NCBI GenBank assembly: GCA_934273635.1 | Contig: CAKQSV010000008.1 | Coordinates: forward strand, 30 to 64,029 | Length of the DNA: 64,000 bases | Direction: 5' to 3' | DNA from: an uncultured Alphaproteobacteria bacterium | Lineage (GTDB): Bacteria; Pseudomonadota; Alphaproteobacteria; RF32; CAG-239 | Shown here: piece after piece, positions 29,549-39,483 of the stretch | How positions within the stretch are numbered: the stretch's first letter is position 1 | Layout: each line of letters begins with the position of its first letter | Notes under the pieces: generated by a model | The model's input: only the letters and a program-made list of their open reading frames with translations | Databases searched by the model: none | What the model was told of the DNA's origin: nothing | Made by a program: the position numbers and the translations under genes

Positions 29549-30055
29549 CTATTTTGCCAAAATAGAAATGAGTTTTTTTGTGGCGTCTTCGGGCGAAATA
29601 TTGTCGCAAACGGCAACCTCATTTGCCAAGCGGTCTAAAGCCTGCTCATAAATTTGGCGTTCGCTGTATGACTGTTCGGCCAAATTTTCGCTACGGTACA
29701 AGTCTCTGACAACTTCGGCGATGGCGACCGGATTGCCGGAATTGATTTTGTTTTCATATTCCTGCGCGCGGCGAGACCACATAACTTTTTTGACTTTGGC
29801 TTTACCTTTCAAAACCGAGAGAGCGTCGTTCATGGTGGAGGTTTCGGAAATACGGCGCAGACCGCTGTTCTCAGCCTTGGTCATAGGAATACGCAATGTC
29901 ATTTTATCTTTGTCAAAATTGACGACAATTAACTCAAGCTCGGTGCCGGCAACTTTTTGTTTGGTGATGTCGGCAACTTTGCCCACACCATGAGCCGGAT
30001 ATACAACATAATCACCGGAATTAAATGCGTAAGCTGATGAGATTTTTTTATTCAT
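29549..30055 (-). CDS. carD: CarD/CdnL-family RNA polymerase-binding transcription factor
   Basis: N-terminal RNAP-interacting Tudor-like domain (GDYVVYPAHGVGKV...LELIVVNF) and C-terminal helical domain. Confidence 0.85.
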   Translation of the reverse strand: MNKKISSAYAFNSGDYVVYPAHGVGKVADITKQKVAGTELELIVVNFDKDKMTLRIPMTKAENSGLRRISETSTMNDALSVLKGKAKVKKVMWSRRAQEYENKINSGNPVAIAEVVRDLYRSENLAEQSYSERQIYEQALDRLANEVAVCDNISPEDATKKLISILAK

Positions 30056-30167
30056 TGAACTGTCCTATTGTTAAATTTTAAACTGCATTTTTGCAATACG
30101 GACATACCATACCACATTTTTAAGGTGAAAGCTAGTCTAATTTTTATATTTTTTGTCAAAAAAGGTT

Positions 30168-30953
30168 TTAAACCGAAACTTGCCCCTTAATCGCCGGCCA
30201 TGGGTCGTAGTCGGTGAGCTCAAAATCGTCAAACTCAAAGTCGTCTATCGAATCGTGGTGGCGTTTGATATGCATGTGCGGCAAGTGACGCGGGGTGCGG
30301 GTCAGCTGTTCTTTGACCTGCTCAAAGTGATTGTGATAAATGTGGGTGTCGCCCAATGTGTGCACAAATTCGCCGAGCTCAAAGCCGCAGACATCGGCAA
30401 TCATCATGGTGAGCAGGGCATAGGAGGCAATGTTGAACGGTACGCCCAGAAACGTGTCGCAACTGCGCTGATAGAGCATGCACGACAACTTGTTGTTGGC
30501 AACGTAAAACTGAAACATCATGTGGCACGGCGGCAGAGCCATATCGTTGATTTTGGAGGGATTCCACGCTGTGACAATCATCCGGCGGTCGTTGGGATTG
30601 GTTTTGAGCGTGGCAATGAGGTTTTTGATTTGGTCAATGCCGTCATTGTTCCAGTTGCGCCACTGCGCGCCATAGACAGGGCCGAGGTTGCCGTTTTCAT
30701 CCGCCCACTCGTTCCAAATTCTCACGCCGTGTTCTTGCAGATAGTGAACGTTGGTGTCGCCTTTCAAAAACCATAACAACTCATAAATAATGCTCTTTAG
30801 GTGCAGTTTTTTGGTGGTGAGCAGGGGAAAGCCCTGAGATAAATCGAATCGCATTTGACGACCGAAAACAGAGCGTGTGCCAGTTCCTGTACGGTCGGCT
30901 TTGTCAACGCCGTTGTCCAAGATGTCTTGCAACAAATCCAGATATTGTTTCAT
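30168..30953 (-). CDS. thyA: Thymidylate synthase (ThyA type)
   Basis: MKQYLDLL...; catalytic LPPCH; ...DTHIYHNH. Confidence 0.95.
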   Translation of the reverse strand: MKQYLDLLQDILDNGVDKADRTGTGTRSVFGRQMRFDLSQGFPLLTTKKLHLKSIIYELLWFLKGDTNVHYLQEHGVRIWNEWADENGNLGPVYGAQWRNWNNDGIDQIKNLIATLKTNPNDRRMIVTAWNPSKINDMALPPCHMMFQFYVANNKLSCMLYQRSCDTFLGVPFNIASYALLTMMIADVCGFELGEFVHTLGDTHIYHNHFEQVKEQLTRTPRHLPHMHIKRHHDSIDDFEFDDFELTDYDPWPAIKGQVSV

Positions 30954-31022
30954 AATATTTCACTCTAGCAAAAGTTAAACACGGGGCGATGTTAGCATAG
31001 CCGCGGTGAGAGTCAACGGCAA

Positions 31023-31691
31023 TTAGTGATAGGTGCGTAACAAGCCGGCGAGCACGCCCTGAATCTTAACGCGGGCGGCGGGAAGCGTGCGGGTTTGGTA
31101 GTCTTTGTTGCAGGGGATAAGATGAATCAGCTCGCCTTCTTTTTTGATGACTTTCAAGGTGGCTTCGGCATCGTCAACCAGAGCGACGGCAATGCGGCCG
31201 TTGTCGGCGGTGTCGGCTTTTTTGATGATGACGGTGTCGCCGTCCATAATGCCGGCCTCAATCATTGACTCGCCTTCAATGGTCAGAGCATAAAACTGAC
31301 CGTGCGCCACCATCTCAAACGGCACGGGGACGACCTCGGTTTCGTTGGCAATCGCCTCAATCGGGGTGCCGGCGGCGATTTTGCCATAAAGCGGAATTTG
31401 CGCGGCGCTGTTTTGCAAGGCAATCTCGCGCTTTTTTTCCTCGGCAATAATGGCGTTGGGTTTGAATCGTGGCATACGCAATACCTCAAGCGCGCGGGCT
31501 TTGTGGGGCAGTTTTTTGATAAAGTTTCGTTCTTCCAATGCCTCAATCAAAGCATGAATTCCTGATTTTGATTTTAAACCGACGGCTTGTTTCATCTCTT
31601 CAAAAGACGGGGAACAACCCGTCTCTTTGAGGACTTTGTTGATGAAAATGAGTAGTTTGTATTGTTTTTCCGTCAGCATATTTTTCTCCAA
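31023..31691 (-). CDS. lexA: SOS repressor LexA
   Basis: N-terminal wHTH (LTEKQYKLLIFINKVLKETGCSPSFEEM); S24 peptidase with Ala-Gly cleavage site and Ser/Lys dyad region. Confidence 0.9.
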   Translation of the reverse strand: MEKNMLTEKQYKLLIFINKVLKETGCSPSFEEMKQAVGLKSKSGIHALIEALEERNFIKKLPHKARALEVLRMPRFKPNAIIAEEKKREIALQNSAAQIPLYGKIAAGTPIEAIANETEVVPVPFEMVAHGQFYALTIEGESMIEAGIMDGDTVIIKKADTADNGRIAVALVDDAEATLKVIKKEGELIHLIPCNKDYQTRTLPAARVKIQGVLAGLLRTYH

Positions 31692-31696
31692 AAAAA

Positions 31697-31735
31697 GTAG
31701 AACAAAACCGATATGATTTTGTTCTACTTTAGTTC
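31697..31735 (-). promoter_or_regulatory. LexA operator upstream of lexA: GTTC-N7-GTTC (31721-31735; GAAC-N7-GAAC in lexA orientation) overlapping a 12-bp-arm palindrome agtagaacaaaa-N7-ttttgttctact
   Basis: Matches the alphaproteobacterial SOS box direct repeat GTTC-N7-GTTC and lies within 45 bp of the lexA start. Confidence 0.65.
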
Positions 31736-31755
31736 TTAAACAGAGTCAAGAATAA

Positions 31756-32925
31756 TTAAGCGCGGCTGTTACGCTTTTTGAGTTGTAACGCGCGCAACTG
31801 AGCCTCTTTGACATCGGCCAAGGTTTTTTCAGATTTGGCAACGGTGCGGCGGGCGGGCGCTTTTCGGGTGCCGTCATGGCGCGAGACCGAAACCGTAGCA
31901 TCGGCCAACTCCAGTTTGCCGCTGTTTAATTCTTTGACTGAAATTTCGCGAACGTTGAGTTTGGGGAGCTCGTGCGTGTCATTTTCGTTTTGTGCCAGTT
32001 GTTTGCGGCTGCTCAGCTCGTTGTAGATGCGGGTTGCGCTCTGAACTTTGATGATGTCTTCCAACAAGCTCTTTTCTTGTGTGTAACGGGTTTTTTGTCC
32101 CCACTTGGCGGTTTTAATGTCATAGGTTTTGAGGGCTACGGCATTTAAACCGGCTTTGGAGCCAACTCTTTGGTGCGCCTGCAGAAAAATTCCGGCAGTG
32201 CCGCGCGGACTTTGGTTGGCGCAAGAGATGACGGCCGCGGTATAAACAATGTTGTCAGGGTCGTTATAGTTGTCTAAATTAATTTCTGGAAACTTGCCGC
32301 TTTTGTGCAGGTTGTCAAAAATGTTTTTATAAACTTTGTCCCACATAAAACTGAACTGGCTGTTCTCAAACTCTTGAGCCTTGTCGCCGTAGCTGTATGT
32401 CTTCCACGCTTTCATGAAAGCAGATGAACGAACGCCGCTTCTTTTGATGGCCTGTTGCAAAGCCGGAAACTCTTTCTCGCAACTTTTGGCATAGTTTTGC
32501 ATGGTGCCGTTGAGGCTTATTTGGCACAAGCCCAAATAAGACGCGCTTGAAATCGGTTTGTTGCCGTTGGTAATGCAGGGGTTCATTCCCGATTCAAAAA
32601 CGTGGGCGACATCTTGCGCCTTAATGGTGCGCAGGTCAAGTTTGACACCTTTGTAGGTGACAGTTGCCAAGCGGTCAACTTGCACTTTGGCTTCGGCAAC
32701 GGTTTTCGCCTCGCTGAAATTGATGGTTTTGGCTTTGTCTGCGCCACGGGGAGCGGTTGCTTTTTTCACATAAGTGGTGCGGGCTTTAACGCCGTGGCTT
32801 TTATTGGCCGCCGCCGCGCCGCCGGCGGGGCTGTGCGCTCCGAACAATGTCATCATGCCGGCAAGTACCAGTGTTTTGCCTTTTGTCCACCAGCCTGATG
32901 ATTTTTCCTCTTTTTTATCAGACAT
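31756..32925 (-). CDS. Secreted lytic transglycosylase-like protein (SLT domain, VirB1-like motif) with a basic C-terminal tail
   Basis: Signal peptide; FESGMNPCITNGNKPISSASYLGLCQIS resembles the SLT catalytic block (E-S-x-x-N-P ... G-L-M-Q-I). Confidence 0.5.
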   Translation of the reverse strand: MSDKKEEKSSGWWTKGKTLVLAGMMTLFGAHSPAGGAAAANKSHGVKARTTYVKKATAPRGADKAKTINFSEAKTVAEAKVQVDRLATVTYKGVKLDLRTIKAQDVAHVFESGMNPCITNGNKPISSASYLGLCQISLNGTMQNYAKSCEKEFPALQQAIKRSGVRSSAFMKAWKTYSYGDKAQEFENSQFSFMWDKVYKNIFDNLHKSGKFPEINLDNYNDPDNIVYTAAVISCANQSPRGTAGIFLQAHQRVGSKAGLNAVALKTYDIKTAKWGQKTRYTQEKSLLEDIIKVQSATRIYNELSSRKQLAQNENDTHELPKLNVREISVKELNSGKLELADATVSVSRHDGTRKAPARRTVAKSEKTLADVKEAQLRALQLKKRNSRA

Positions 32926-33072
32926 AAATTTTCTCCTTACTATTTCTACTACAATATAGAGTTTTTTGGGTGTTTTGTCTAGTTTAAATTTGCAAATTTT
33001 TATTGAAAAATCGTGCGCTTGCGGTTATAGTCTGCGGTTAGTGATAATTTTTTGTTGAAATGGAATTTTTTT

Positions 33073-34545
33073 ATGACTGAAGAGAGCAATATTCATCGCG
33101 AATCCCGCTTGGCTAAGCTCAAAACTTTGCAAGAGCACGGCTATAATCCGTATCCTTATATTTTTGAACCAACCGCCTATGCGGCTGATTTGCAGAAAAA
33201 GTATGAGAGTCTGGAGAACGGAACAGATACCGAAGACAGATATACCATTGCCGGTCGCGCTATGGCCGTGCGTAACAGCGGTATGTTTATTGACGTGAAA
33301 GACGCCAGCGGCAAAATTCAGGCCTTTTGTCATAAAAACCATTTGTCGGAAGAGGCTTTGGAGCGTCTTAAATGTTTGGATGTGGGCGATATGGTCGGCA
33401 TTACGGGATATATCCGCCGCACCCCGCGCGGAGAGCTTTCCATTGCCGCCGAATCTTTCGATATTATCTCAAAATCGCTGCAGCCATTGCCGGAGAAGTT
33501 TCACGGTTTGACTGACGTTGAGGCGCGCTATCGTCAGCGTTATGTCGACTTTATTATGAACGACGACAGCCGTGAGATTTTTCAAAAACGTTGCCAGATT
33601 ACCTCGGCTGTTCGCCGCTATTTTGAGGAACATAACTTTTTGGAAGTTGAAACGCCGATGCTGCACCCAATTATGGGCGGCGCCAACGCCAAGCCGTTTA
33701 TTACGCATCATAACTCTTTGGATATGGATTTGTTTTTGCGTATTGCGCCGGAATTGTATTTGAAAAAACTGGTTGTCGGTGGTTTTGAGCGCGTGTTCGA
33801 AATCGGGCGCAACTTCCGTAACGAGGGTATTGATAAGAGTCACAATCCTGAATTTACGGGGTTGGAGGCTTATCAGGCTTATGCCGACTACAACACCATG
33901 GCCGATTTGATTCCAGATTTGATTGCCTATGTGGCGCAGCGGGTTTTGGGAACAACCAAAATTATGGTCGGCGAGCGTGAGATTGATTTGGGCAAGCCGT
34001 TTGCCCGCAAATCAATGATCGATTTGGTTAAGGAGTACGCCGGCGTTGACTTTATGAGTGTTGAGACACTGGCAGACGCTAAGGCTTTGGCTCGTTCGGT
34101 CGGTGTGAACGCCGATGACTGTATCTCTTGGGGTAAGGTTATCTCGGAAGTGTTTGACGCCAAGGTCGAAGAGCATTTGATTGACCCGATTTTGGTTATG
34201 GATATGCCGAGAGATATTTCGCCGTTGGCTAAAACTCATCGTTCTAACCCGCGCTTGGTGGAGCATTTTGACGCTTATATCGCCGGTATGGAAATGGGGT
34301 GCGCTTATTCGGAACTGTCTAATCCTTTGGAGCAAAGAGAACGTTTTGAGGCGCAGTGCGTAGACCGCGAGGCCGGTGATGACGAAGCCCAGATGCTTGA
34401 TGAGGACTTTATTTGCGCCTTGGAAAACGGTTTTCCTCCGTCGGGCGGTATGGGTATGGGAATCGACCGTTTGGCAATTTTGCTGACAGGCGCGTCGACT
34501 ATCCGTGATGTGATTGCGTTCCCGACTTTGCGTAAGCGCGATTAA
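33073..34545 (+). CDS. lysS: Lysine--tRNA ligase (class II)
   Basis: OB anticodon-binding N-terminus and class II motifs ([15 protein letters not shown]). Confidence 0.95.
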   Translation: MTEESNIHRESRLAKLKTLQEHGYNPYPYIFEPTAYAADLQKKYESLENGTDTEDRYTIAGRAMAVRNSGMFIDVKDASGKIQAFCHKNHLSEEALERLKCLDVGDMVGITGYIRRTPRGELSIAAESFDIISKSLQPLPEKFHGLTDVEARYRQRYVDFIMNDDSREIFQKRCQITSAVRRYFEEHNFLEVETPMLHPIMGGANAKPFITHHNSLDMDLFLRIAPELYLKKLVVGGFERVFEIGRNFRNEGIDKSHNPEFTGLEAYQAYADYNTMADLIPDLIAYVAQRVLGTTKIMVGEREIDLGKPFARKSMIDLVKEYAGVDFMSVETLADAKALARSVGVNADDCISWGKVISEVFDAKVEEHLIDPILVMDMPRDISPLAKTHRSNPRLVEHFDAYIAGMEMGCAYSELSNPLEQRERFEAQCVDREAGDDEAQMLDEDFICALENGFPPSGGMGMGIDRLAILLTGASTIRDVIAFPTLRKRD

Positions 34546-34554
34546 GGTGATGTT

Positions 34555-35658
34555 TTGAAAAAACGCCGGCAGAAAAAGCAACCTATGTTGAGAGTTTGTT
34601 GTTCTTGGATGAAGAATAACGCCTCAAAGCTGTGGTTGCTTGCTGTCGGCGTTATTGTATGCGCTTATTTTTATCATTGGGAGAATTTGCCCAAGCGAAT
34701 CCCGCAAAACGCAGAGGTTATAACTTTTCAACCTACGGATGATTTTGATTCAACCGATATTGAGGCGGCAGAGGTTGTTGACGCGTCGCCGTATGCGCGG
34801 TTGGAACAGGAGATTTTGCGCCAAAACGGCTTGTTGCCTAATGTGGCTGAAGTTCCGGATATGCAACAGGTGGTGCATACCAGTAAGTTGATGAGACTGC
34901 CCAAAAAAATTGTGTATGAAGAACAATTGCCGCATGATGTGGTGCCGCACGCGCCGGTGGTTAAGACTGTTACGCCCAAGCGGGGGCAGAGAGTGCGAAT
35001 CGCGATTGTGATTGATGATATGGGCGGAAGTCCGAAGCGCACCAAAGAAATTACGGCGCTTAAAGCTCCGTTGACAGCGTCTTTTTTGACTTTTGCACCG
35101 CATTTGCAACAACAGGTGGCGCAGTCAAAGCAGGCGGGACACGAGATTATGATTCATGTGCCGATGCAACCGCAATCGAATATTTATGTTTCGGAAGATG
35201 TGCTGAAGGTTGATATGTCTGCGGCGCAAATTGAAAACGGTTTTGCCCAAATGTTGCAAAAGTTTGACGAGGTGAAAGGTATTAACAATCATATGGGGAG
35301 CCGTTTTACCGAGCATGGTGACAAGTTGGCGCCGGTGATGAAGTTGTTGGCTGAAAAGCATTTGTTCTTTTTAGATTCTAAAACCACGCCAAAGTCTGCG
35401 GCGGAAAAGGTCGCGCGACAATATAAGGTGCCGTATTTGCATCGGCACGTTTTTTTGGATAACAATAACGATTTTGACTATATTATGGGGCAGTTGGCGC
35501 AGACCGAAAAAATTGCCCGCAAAAACGGCTATGCGATTGCTATCGGACACCCCAAAAGCCAAACGAGCAAGGCGTTGCAGGTTTGGCTCAAGACTTTGGA
35601 TGATAAGAAAATCGAGTTGGTGCCGTTAAGCGCGCTGGCAATAGAACCGCAGCCTTAA
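34555..35658 (+). CDS. Divergent polysaccharide deacetylase (YibQ family) protein; TTG start, or ATG at 34585
   Basis: RIAIVIDDMGG...IMIHVPMQPQ...NNHMGSRFTE...AIGHP pattern of PF04748. Confidence 0.7.
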   Translation: MKKRRQKKQPMLRVCCSWMKNNASKLWLLAVGVIVCAYFYHWENLPKRIPQNAEVITFQPTDDFDSTDIEAAEVVDASPYARLEQEILRQNGLLPNVAEVPDMQQVVHTSKLMRLPKKIVYEEQLPHDVVPHAPVVKTVTPKRGQRVRIAIVIDDMGGSPKRTKEITALKAPLTASFLTFAPHLQQQVAQSKQAGHEIMIHVPMQPQSNIYVSEDVLKVDMSAAQIENGFAQMLQKFDEVKGINNHMGSRFTEHGDKLAPVMKLLAEKHLFFLDSKTTPKSAAEKVARQYKVPYLHRHVFLDNNNDFDYIMGQLAQTEKIARKNGYAIAIGHPKSQTSKALQVWLKTLDDKKIELVPLSALAIEPQP

Positions 35659-35972
35659 TCGTTTTCTACCGATTCATTAATTTCAACGGCGTCAATTTCA
35701 TCAGGCGACGGGTGGTCGCTCGGAATTTCGGGCATGGGCGCGGAGGTCGGCGCGGTTGATTGCGGTTGCATATCTGTCGGCGGCGTTGCTTGAGGCGCGG
35801 TGGTGGTGACAATGCCGTAGGTTTCTTCTATCATAACGGTATTATTGGAATCGGGGTTGCCAACCACGGCGGAGTTGGAGTTTTGGGCGTTGGCGTTACC
35901 CGTATTGCTTAGTAATAATGCGGCGCACAGCCCACAGGCAAAGCCGCAAGTAAAAATAAAATATTTTTTCAT
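35655..35972 (-). CDS. Small secreted Pro/Thr-rich protein (105 aa), unknown function
   Basis: Signal peptide MKKYFIFTCGFACGLCAALLLS; low-complexity mature region. Confidence 0.45.
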   Translation of the reverse strand: MKKYFIFTCGFACGLCAALLLSNTGNANAQNSNSAVVGNPDSNNTVMIEETYGIVTTTAPQATPPTDMQPQSTAPTSAPMPEIPSDHPSPDEIDAVEINESVEND

Positions 35973-36031
35973 CTGTCATATCCTTCGGGTTGTTGAATAC
36001 CTTAAGGGATATAAGGACAGAACGGCAAAAA

Positions 36032-36745
36032 TCAATGCTGGCGTTTAGTATTATTAAAGTTAGTGCAAATGTCGCTTTCCATTTGATATTGCTTGCGATT
36101 GTCGAGTTTGTGCTGCTCTTCCAAAATTGCTTGTTTGAAGTTGTCCACCACATCATTGATTTGTTTGGCATAAAACGCGGTCATGTCATAAGTGCCGGAT
36201 TTGGCTAATTTGGGGGTGGAAACATACATCGGGCGCATGGCGGCGACAATGCCTTTAACCTGCTGATAAATTTGCGGAATAAAATATTCAAGCGCGTTGA
36301 CGTTGATTTGTTGGTGCACTTGTTCGTGCCGTACCACCAGATTGTATAAACAGGTGTCGGGCTGCAGGTCTTGCGCCAGATAAATGACCGGATTTTGAAA
36401 GCCGATGTAGACGGTGAGTTGTTGCGGAATAATGCAGACGGCGCCGTTTATCATCGGGCGGCTTTCGGTGTTGAGTTGGTATTCTGACGCCACGTCAACC
36501 AGCGCCAAGCCAGAAGCGAGCGCTCCTTCCTCAAAAATGCCAAATTTACGCCCCAGTGCCGAGAGTTGCTGGCGAGCAAGAGTTTTGTCGTAACGGAGTT
36601 TGCCGTATGAGGTGTAAAAAATAATTTCAGGGTCAACGCTCAAGTCCTCGCAAGCGGCGCGCAGATCAGTATCCGCGGTGGTCGAGGCTTGAGGCGACAG
36701 GCAGACAAAATTTAAAATTATTAATATAAAAAAAATCTTTTTCAT
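36032..36745 (-). CDS. Secreted hypothetical protein (237 aa)
   Basis: Signal peptide MKKIFFILIILNFVCLSPQAS. Confidence 0.5.
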   Translation of the reverse strand: MKKIFFILIILNFVCLSPQASTTADTDLRAACEDLSVDPEIIFYTSYGKLRYDKTLARQQLSALGRKFGIFEEGALASGLALVDVASEYQLNTESRPMINGAVCIIPQQLTVYIGFQNPVIYLAQDLQPDTCLYNLVVRHEQVHQQINVNALEYFIPQIYQQVKGIVAAMRPMYVSTPKLAKSGTYDMTAFYAKQINDVVDNFKQAILEEQHKLDNRKQYQMESDICTNFNNTKRQH

Positions 36746-36790
36746 GGTATAGTAGTTTACATTGATATTGTTAATTTAGGTTTAAGGCAA

Positions 36791-37510
36791 ATGCAGATGA
36801 AAGGTGTTTGGTCGGTTGTGACCGCTTTAGTGTTGACGTCAAGTATGAACGTTGGGGCGGTAGAGCCTGAAAATCGTCCGGAGTATCAAAAAGAATATGA
36901 GGCGTATATGCATGATTTGGCAGTGATTGCGCAAACCGGAAAAGCGCCGGAGAATCCTAATTTGGCGGCGGATTTGGCTAAGATGTCATCTGAGAAGAAA
37001 ATCCGTTTGACAGCGGCAACCGACAATGAGCCGGTGTTGTTTAGTGCGCGTATGCAAAGTTTGGCGCCGATGGCGTTTGCGCAAATGTCGTCAGAGGCAG
37101 AGATTGTGAACAGTGTGGAAATTATCCGTGTGCCGGAAGAGTTCAGAAACCAATATTCTGATGTGTACGGCGAGCAAAAAAAGATGATTTCAACGCAGGA
37201 TGTGGCAGATGCACAGCGCGGTATGCGACAGTTTGCGGCTCATGATGAAAAGGCTGAGCGTCTTGCCTCGCATATTAATCCGTTTCGTTTTTTGAAGGAA
37301 ATTCCGTTGACGCCGCTCAAACAAGAGGGCGAAACGGAAAGACGGTCGTATAATCCGATGGTTGACGCTTATTTTAACCAGTTCGGGAGACCTTATGCCG
37401 CGGGTGGAAACTCTGCGCCGGCGCCGGAGCCTCAACCGCAAAAAAAAGAGGAGCAAGGCGGCTCCATGTTGGAGAATCTGAGTTTGCGGAAGTCGATGTT
37501 TGTCAACTGA
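36791..37510 (+). CDS. Secreted hypothetical protein (239 aa)
   Basis: Signal peptide MQMKGVWSVVTALVLTSSMNVGA. Confidence 0.5.
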   Translation: MQMKGVWSVVTALVLTSSMNVGAVEPENRPEYQKEYEAYMHDLAVIAQTGKAPENPNLAADLAKMSSEKKIRLTAATDNEPVLFSARMQSLAPMAFAQMSSEAEIVNSVEIIRVPEEFRNQYSDVYGEQKKMISTQDVADAQRGMRQFAAHDEKAERLASHINPFRFLKEIPLTPLKQEGETERRSYNPMVDAYFNQFGRPYAAGGNSAPAPEPQPQKKEEQGGSMLENLSLRKSMFVN

Positions 37511-38564
37511 TGTTGCCGCTCAGGTAGCGGGTTAAAAACCGCCAATAAATTTCTTGCAGGTTTACGATATTTTCTTTGGTGTTGTTGTGATTGCCCAGAG
37601 CCAGACCAAGCTCGGCAAACGGGCAGTAGTTTTTGATAAAGTCGGAGAACTCACTGGTGCAGTTGGTGTGATAGTGCGGGTGGCGTCCGGATGCTGCGGC
37701 AGACTGTTTGAGCAGGTCGGTAACCGCGCTGATGTCGGATACATAGGGCGCCGAGAGAATCTGACTGTTCAGCTCAAAACGACCATTACTGAAGTTGATG
37801 TTGTTTTGCATCCAGTTGATAATGTCCTGCGGGGTGTGGCGGTTGTTGTAGCGCACGTGCACAATGGCGCTGGCTGTATCGGGCGACTGCAGCGGGTAGG
37901 GGTGCGTGGCGTTCAGCTGCAAAATATTGATAGTGGAGGAGGAGTAAATCTCATCACCGTTATCAAGCAGATTGCTTTTGAGCTTGTAGAGCAGGTTGAG
38001 CAGATTCTGCACCACGTTGGTGGCTTGACGAGCGTCTTCGGCCAAAGGTTTGAGTGCTGTTATGGTGAATAAAATATCACCCAGACTGCCGATGTTGATT
38101 TCTTGTCCAGTGCGGGAGGCTTGATTGGGCTCGCCGATAATGCAAAAGTCAATATCTTTGGAAGACAGGCGGATTTGCCGAAAAATGTTGGTGAGGTTGG
38201 ACGAGACTTTGTGGTTGTCCTTGTTTTGGATGAAAATGCTGATTTGACCGCGAATCGTTTTGGTTTTGAGCAGGCGTTCGCAGGCGTTGACAAAGCACAT
38301 CAGCGCGGTGTGTTTGGCTGAAAGTTCTACCCCGCAGGAGATGTTGAGACATTGCGGGGTAGAAAGGTTGGCAATGAATAAAACATGCGGGTGGCCTTTG
38401 CCTACAACGGCATAGAGGCTTTGGCTTTCCATTTCGTTAAAGCGCCGCGACTTAAAGCCCAGTTCAGCCAACATTTTAGAAATCAGCGGAAAAGAGTTGT
38501 CCACGCCCGAAGAACACGGTTTGGGGTGCGACAAGGTTGGTGTCTGCTCAGTTTCGGTCAGCAT
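37503..38564 (-). CDS. DapE-like M20-family protein with degenerate metal-binding residues (possible pseudoenzyme)
   Basis: Alignment to E. coli DapE: AFAGHTDVVP becomes LFIANLSTPQ (His67 lost) and the SDEE block becomes QNKDNH. GEPN and the C-terminal ...HNNTKEN...L..L...Y motif are retained. Confidence 0.5.
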   Translation of the reverse strand: MLTETEQTPTLSHPKPCSSGVDNSFPLISKMLAELGFKSRRFNEMESQSLYAVVGKGHPHVLFIANLSTPQCLNISCGVELSAKHTALMCFVNACERLLKTKTIRGQISIFIQNKDNHKVSSNLTNIFRQIRLSSKDIDFCIIGEPNQASRTGQEINIGSLGDILFTITALKPLAEDARQATNVVQNLLNLLYKLKSNLLDNGDEIYSSSTINILQLNATHPYPLQSPDTASAIVHVRYNNRHTPQDIINWMQNNINFSNGRFELNSQILSAPYVSDISAVTDLLKQSAAASGRHPHYHTNCTSEFSDFIKNYCPFAELGLALGNHNNTKENIVNLQEIYWRFLTRYLSGNIS

Positions 38565-38624
38565 AAAACACTCCTGTGATAATATCTTGCCAATCAGATA
38601 TATCTAATGAGAAAAGGTAAAATA

Positions 38625-39356
38625 TCAATATGACGCGATTTTTTCATAATCTAAAAAGACCGGACGGCGTCCTTCGCGCAGGGCTTTGCGCTGATATTTG
38701 GTTTGTACCCAGTCGGCGGGTTCGTGTTTCCAGTCATTGCCACACCGAGCCGTCCACCGAAAACAGGGACAGTCGTGCATTTGGTGCAGTGTCCAATGTT
38801 TGTAAACCTTGTGGTCGGTGGCAACGCGCAGAATACCGCCGGTTTTGAGGCAACGGGCAATCTCTCGGAGGTTGTCGGGGTTGATAAAACGGCGGGAGGC
38901 ATGGCGTTTTTTCGGCCATGGGTCGGGGAACAGCACAAACACTTTGTCTAAAAAATTATCGGGGATGCGGGCAAACAGCAGGCGCATATCATCGTCAAAA
39001 ACTCTGATATTATCCACGCGCTCGGGGCTTAGGGTTATGGTCTCGGGCAGTTCGTCTTTGATTTTGATGCCGGTTATCAAACTGAGCAGATTGGCCACGC
39101 CGTTTTGAAAAACTTCGGCACCGATAAAACCAACTTCGGGATTTTTCAGGGCTTGTCCGGCGAGATGTTCGCCATTGCCGAACCCGATTTCAAGATAAAC
39201 TTTTTGCACCGGCGCGCCGAACATATTTTGACTGATTTCGGTGTTGGGAGAAATACGAATTTGCGGTAAAAATTTTTGCAATAAAGTTGTTTTAGCGCAG
39301 TGAATTGTACGCCCTTTACGGCGTCCGAAGAATTTTGGCGCGTTGTTTTGAAACAT
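38625..39356 (-). CDS. trmB: tRNA (guanine-N7)-methyltransferase
   Basis: EIGFGNGEHL SAM-binding motif and VLFPDPWPKKRH. Confidence 0.9.
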   Translation of the reverse strand: MFQNNAPKFFGRRKGRTIHCAKTTLLQKFLPQIRISPNTEISQNMFGAPVQKVYLEIGFGNGEHLAGQALKNPEVGFIGAEVFQNGVANLLSLITGIKIKDELPETITLSPERVDNIRVFDDDMRLLFARIPDNFLDKVFVLFPDPWPKKRHASRRFINPDNLREIARCLKTGGILRVATDHKVYKHWTLHQMHDCPCFRWTARCGNDWKHEPADWVQTKYQRKALREGRRPVFLDYEKIASY

Positions 39357-39483
39357 TGTGATTAAACCTTAGTTTTTTTATGATAAGGCTAATTTAGCCA
39401 ATTTTGCGCATATTGCAATCTTTTTATGCGTCAGATACAAAAAAAGCCGACGTTGTGTCGGCTCTGCTTGAAGCTAAGAACGT

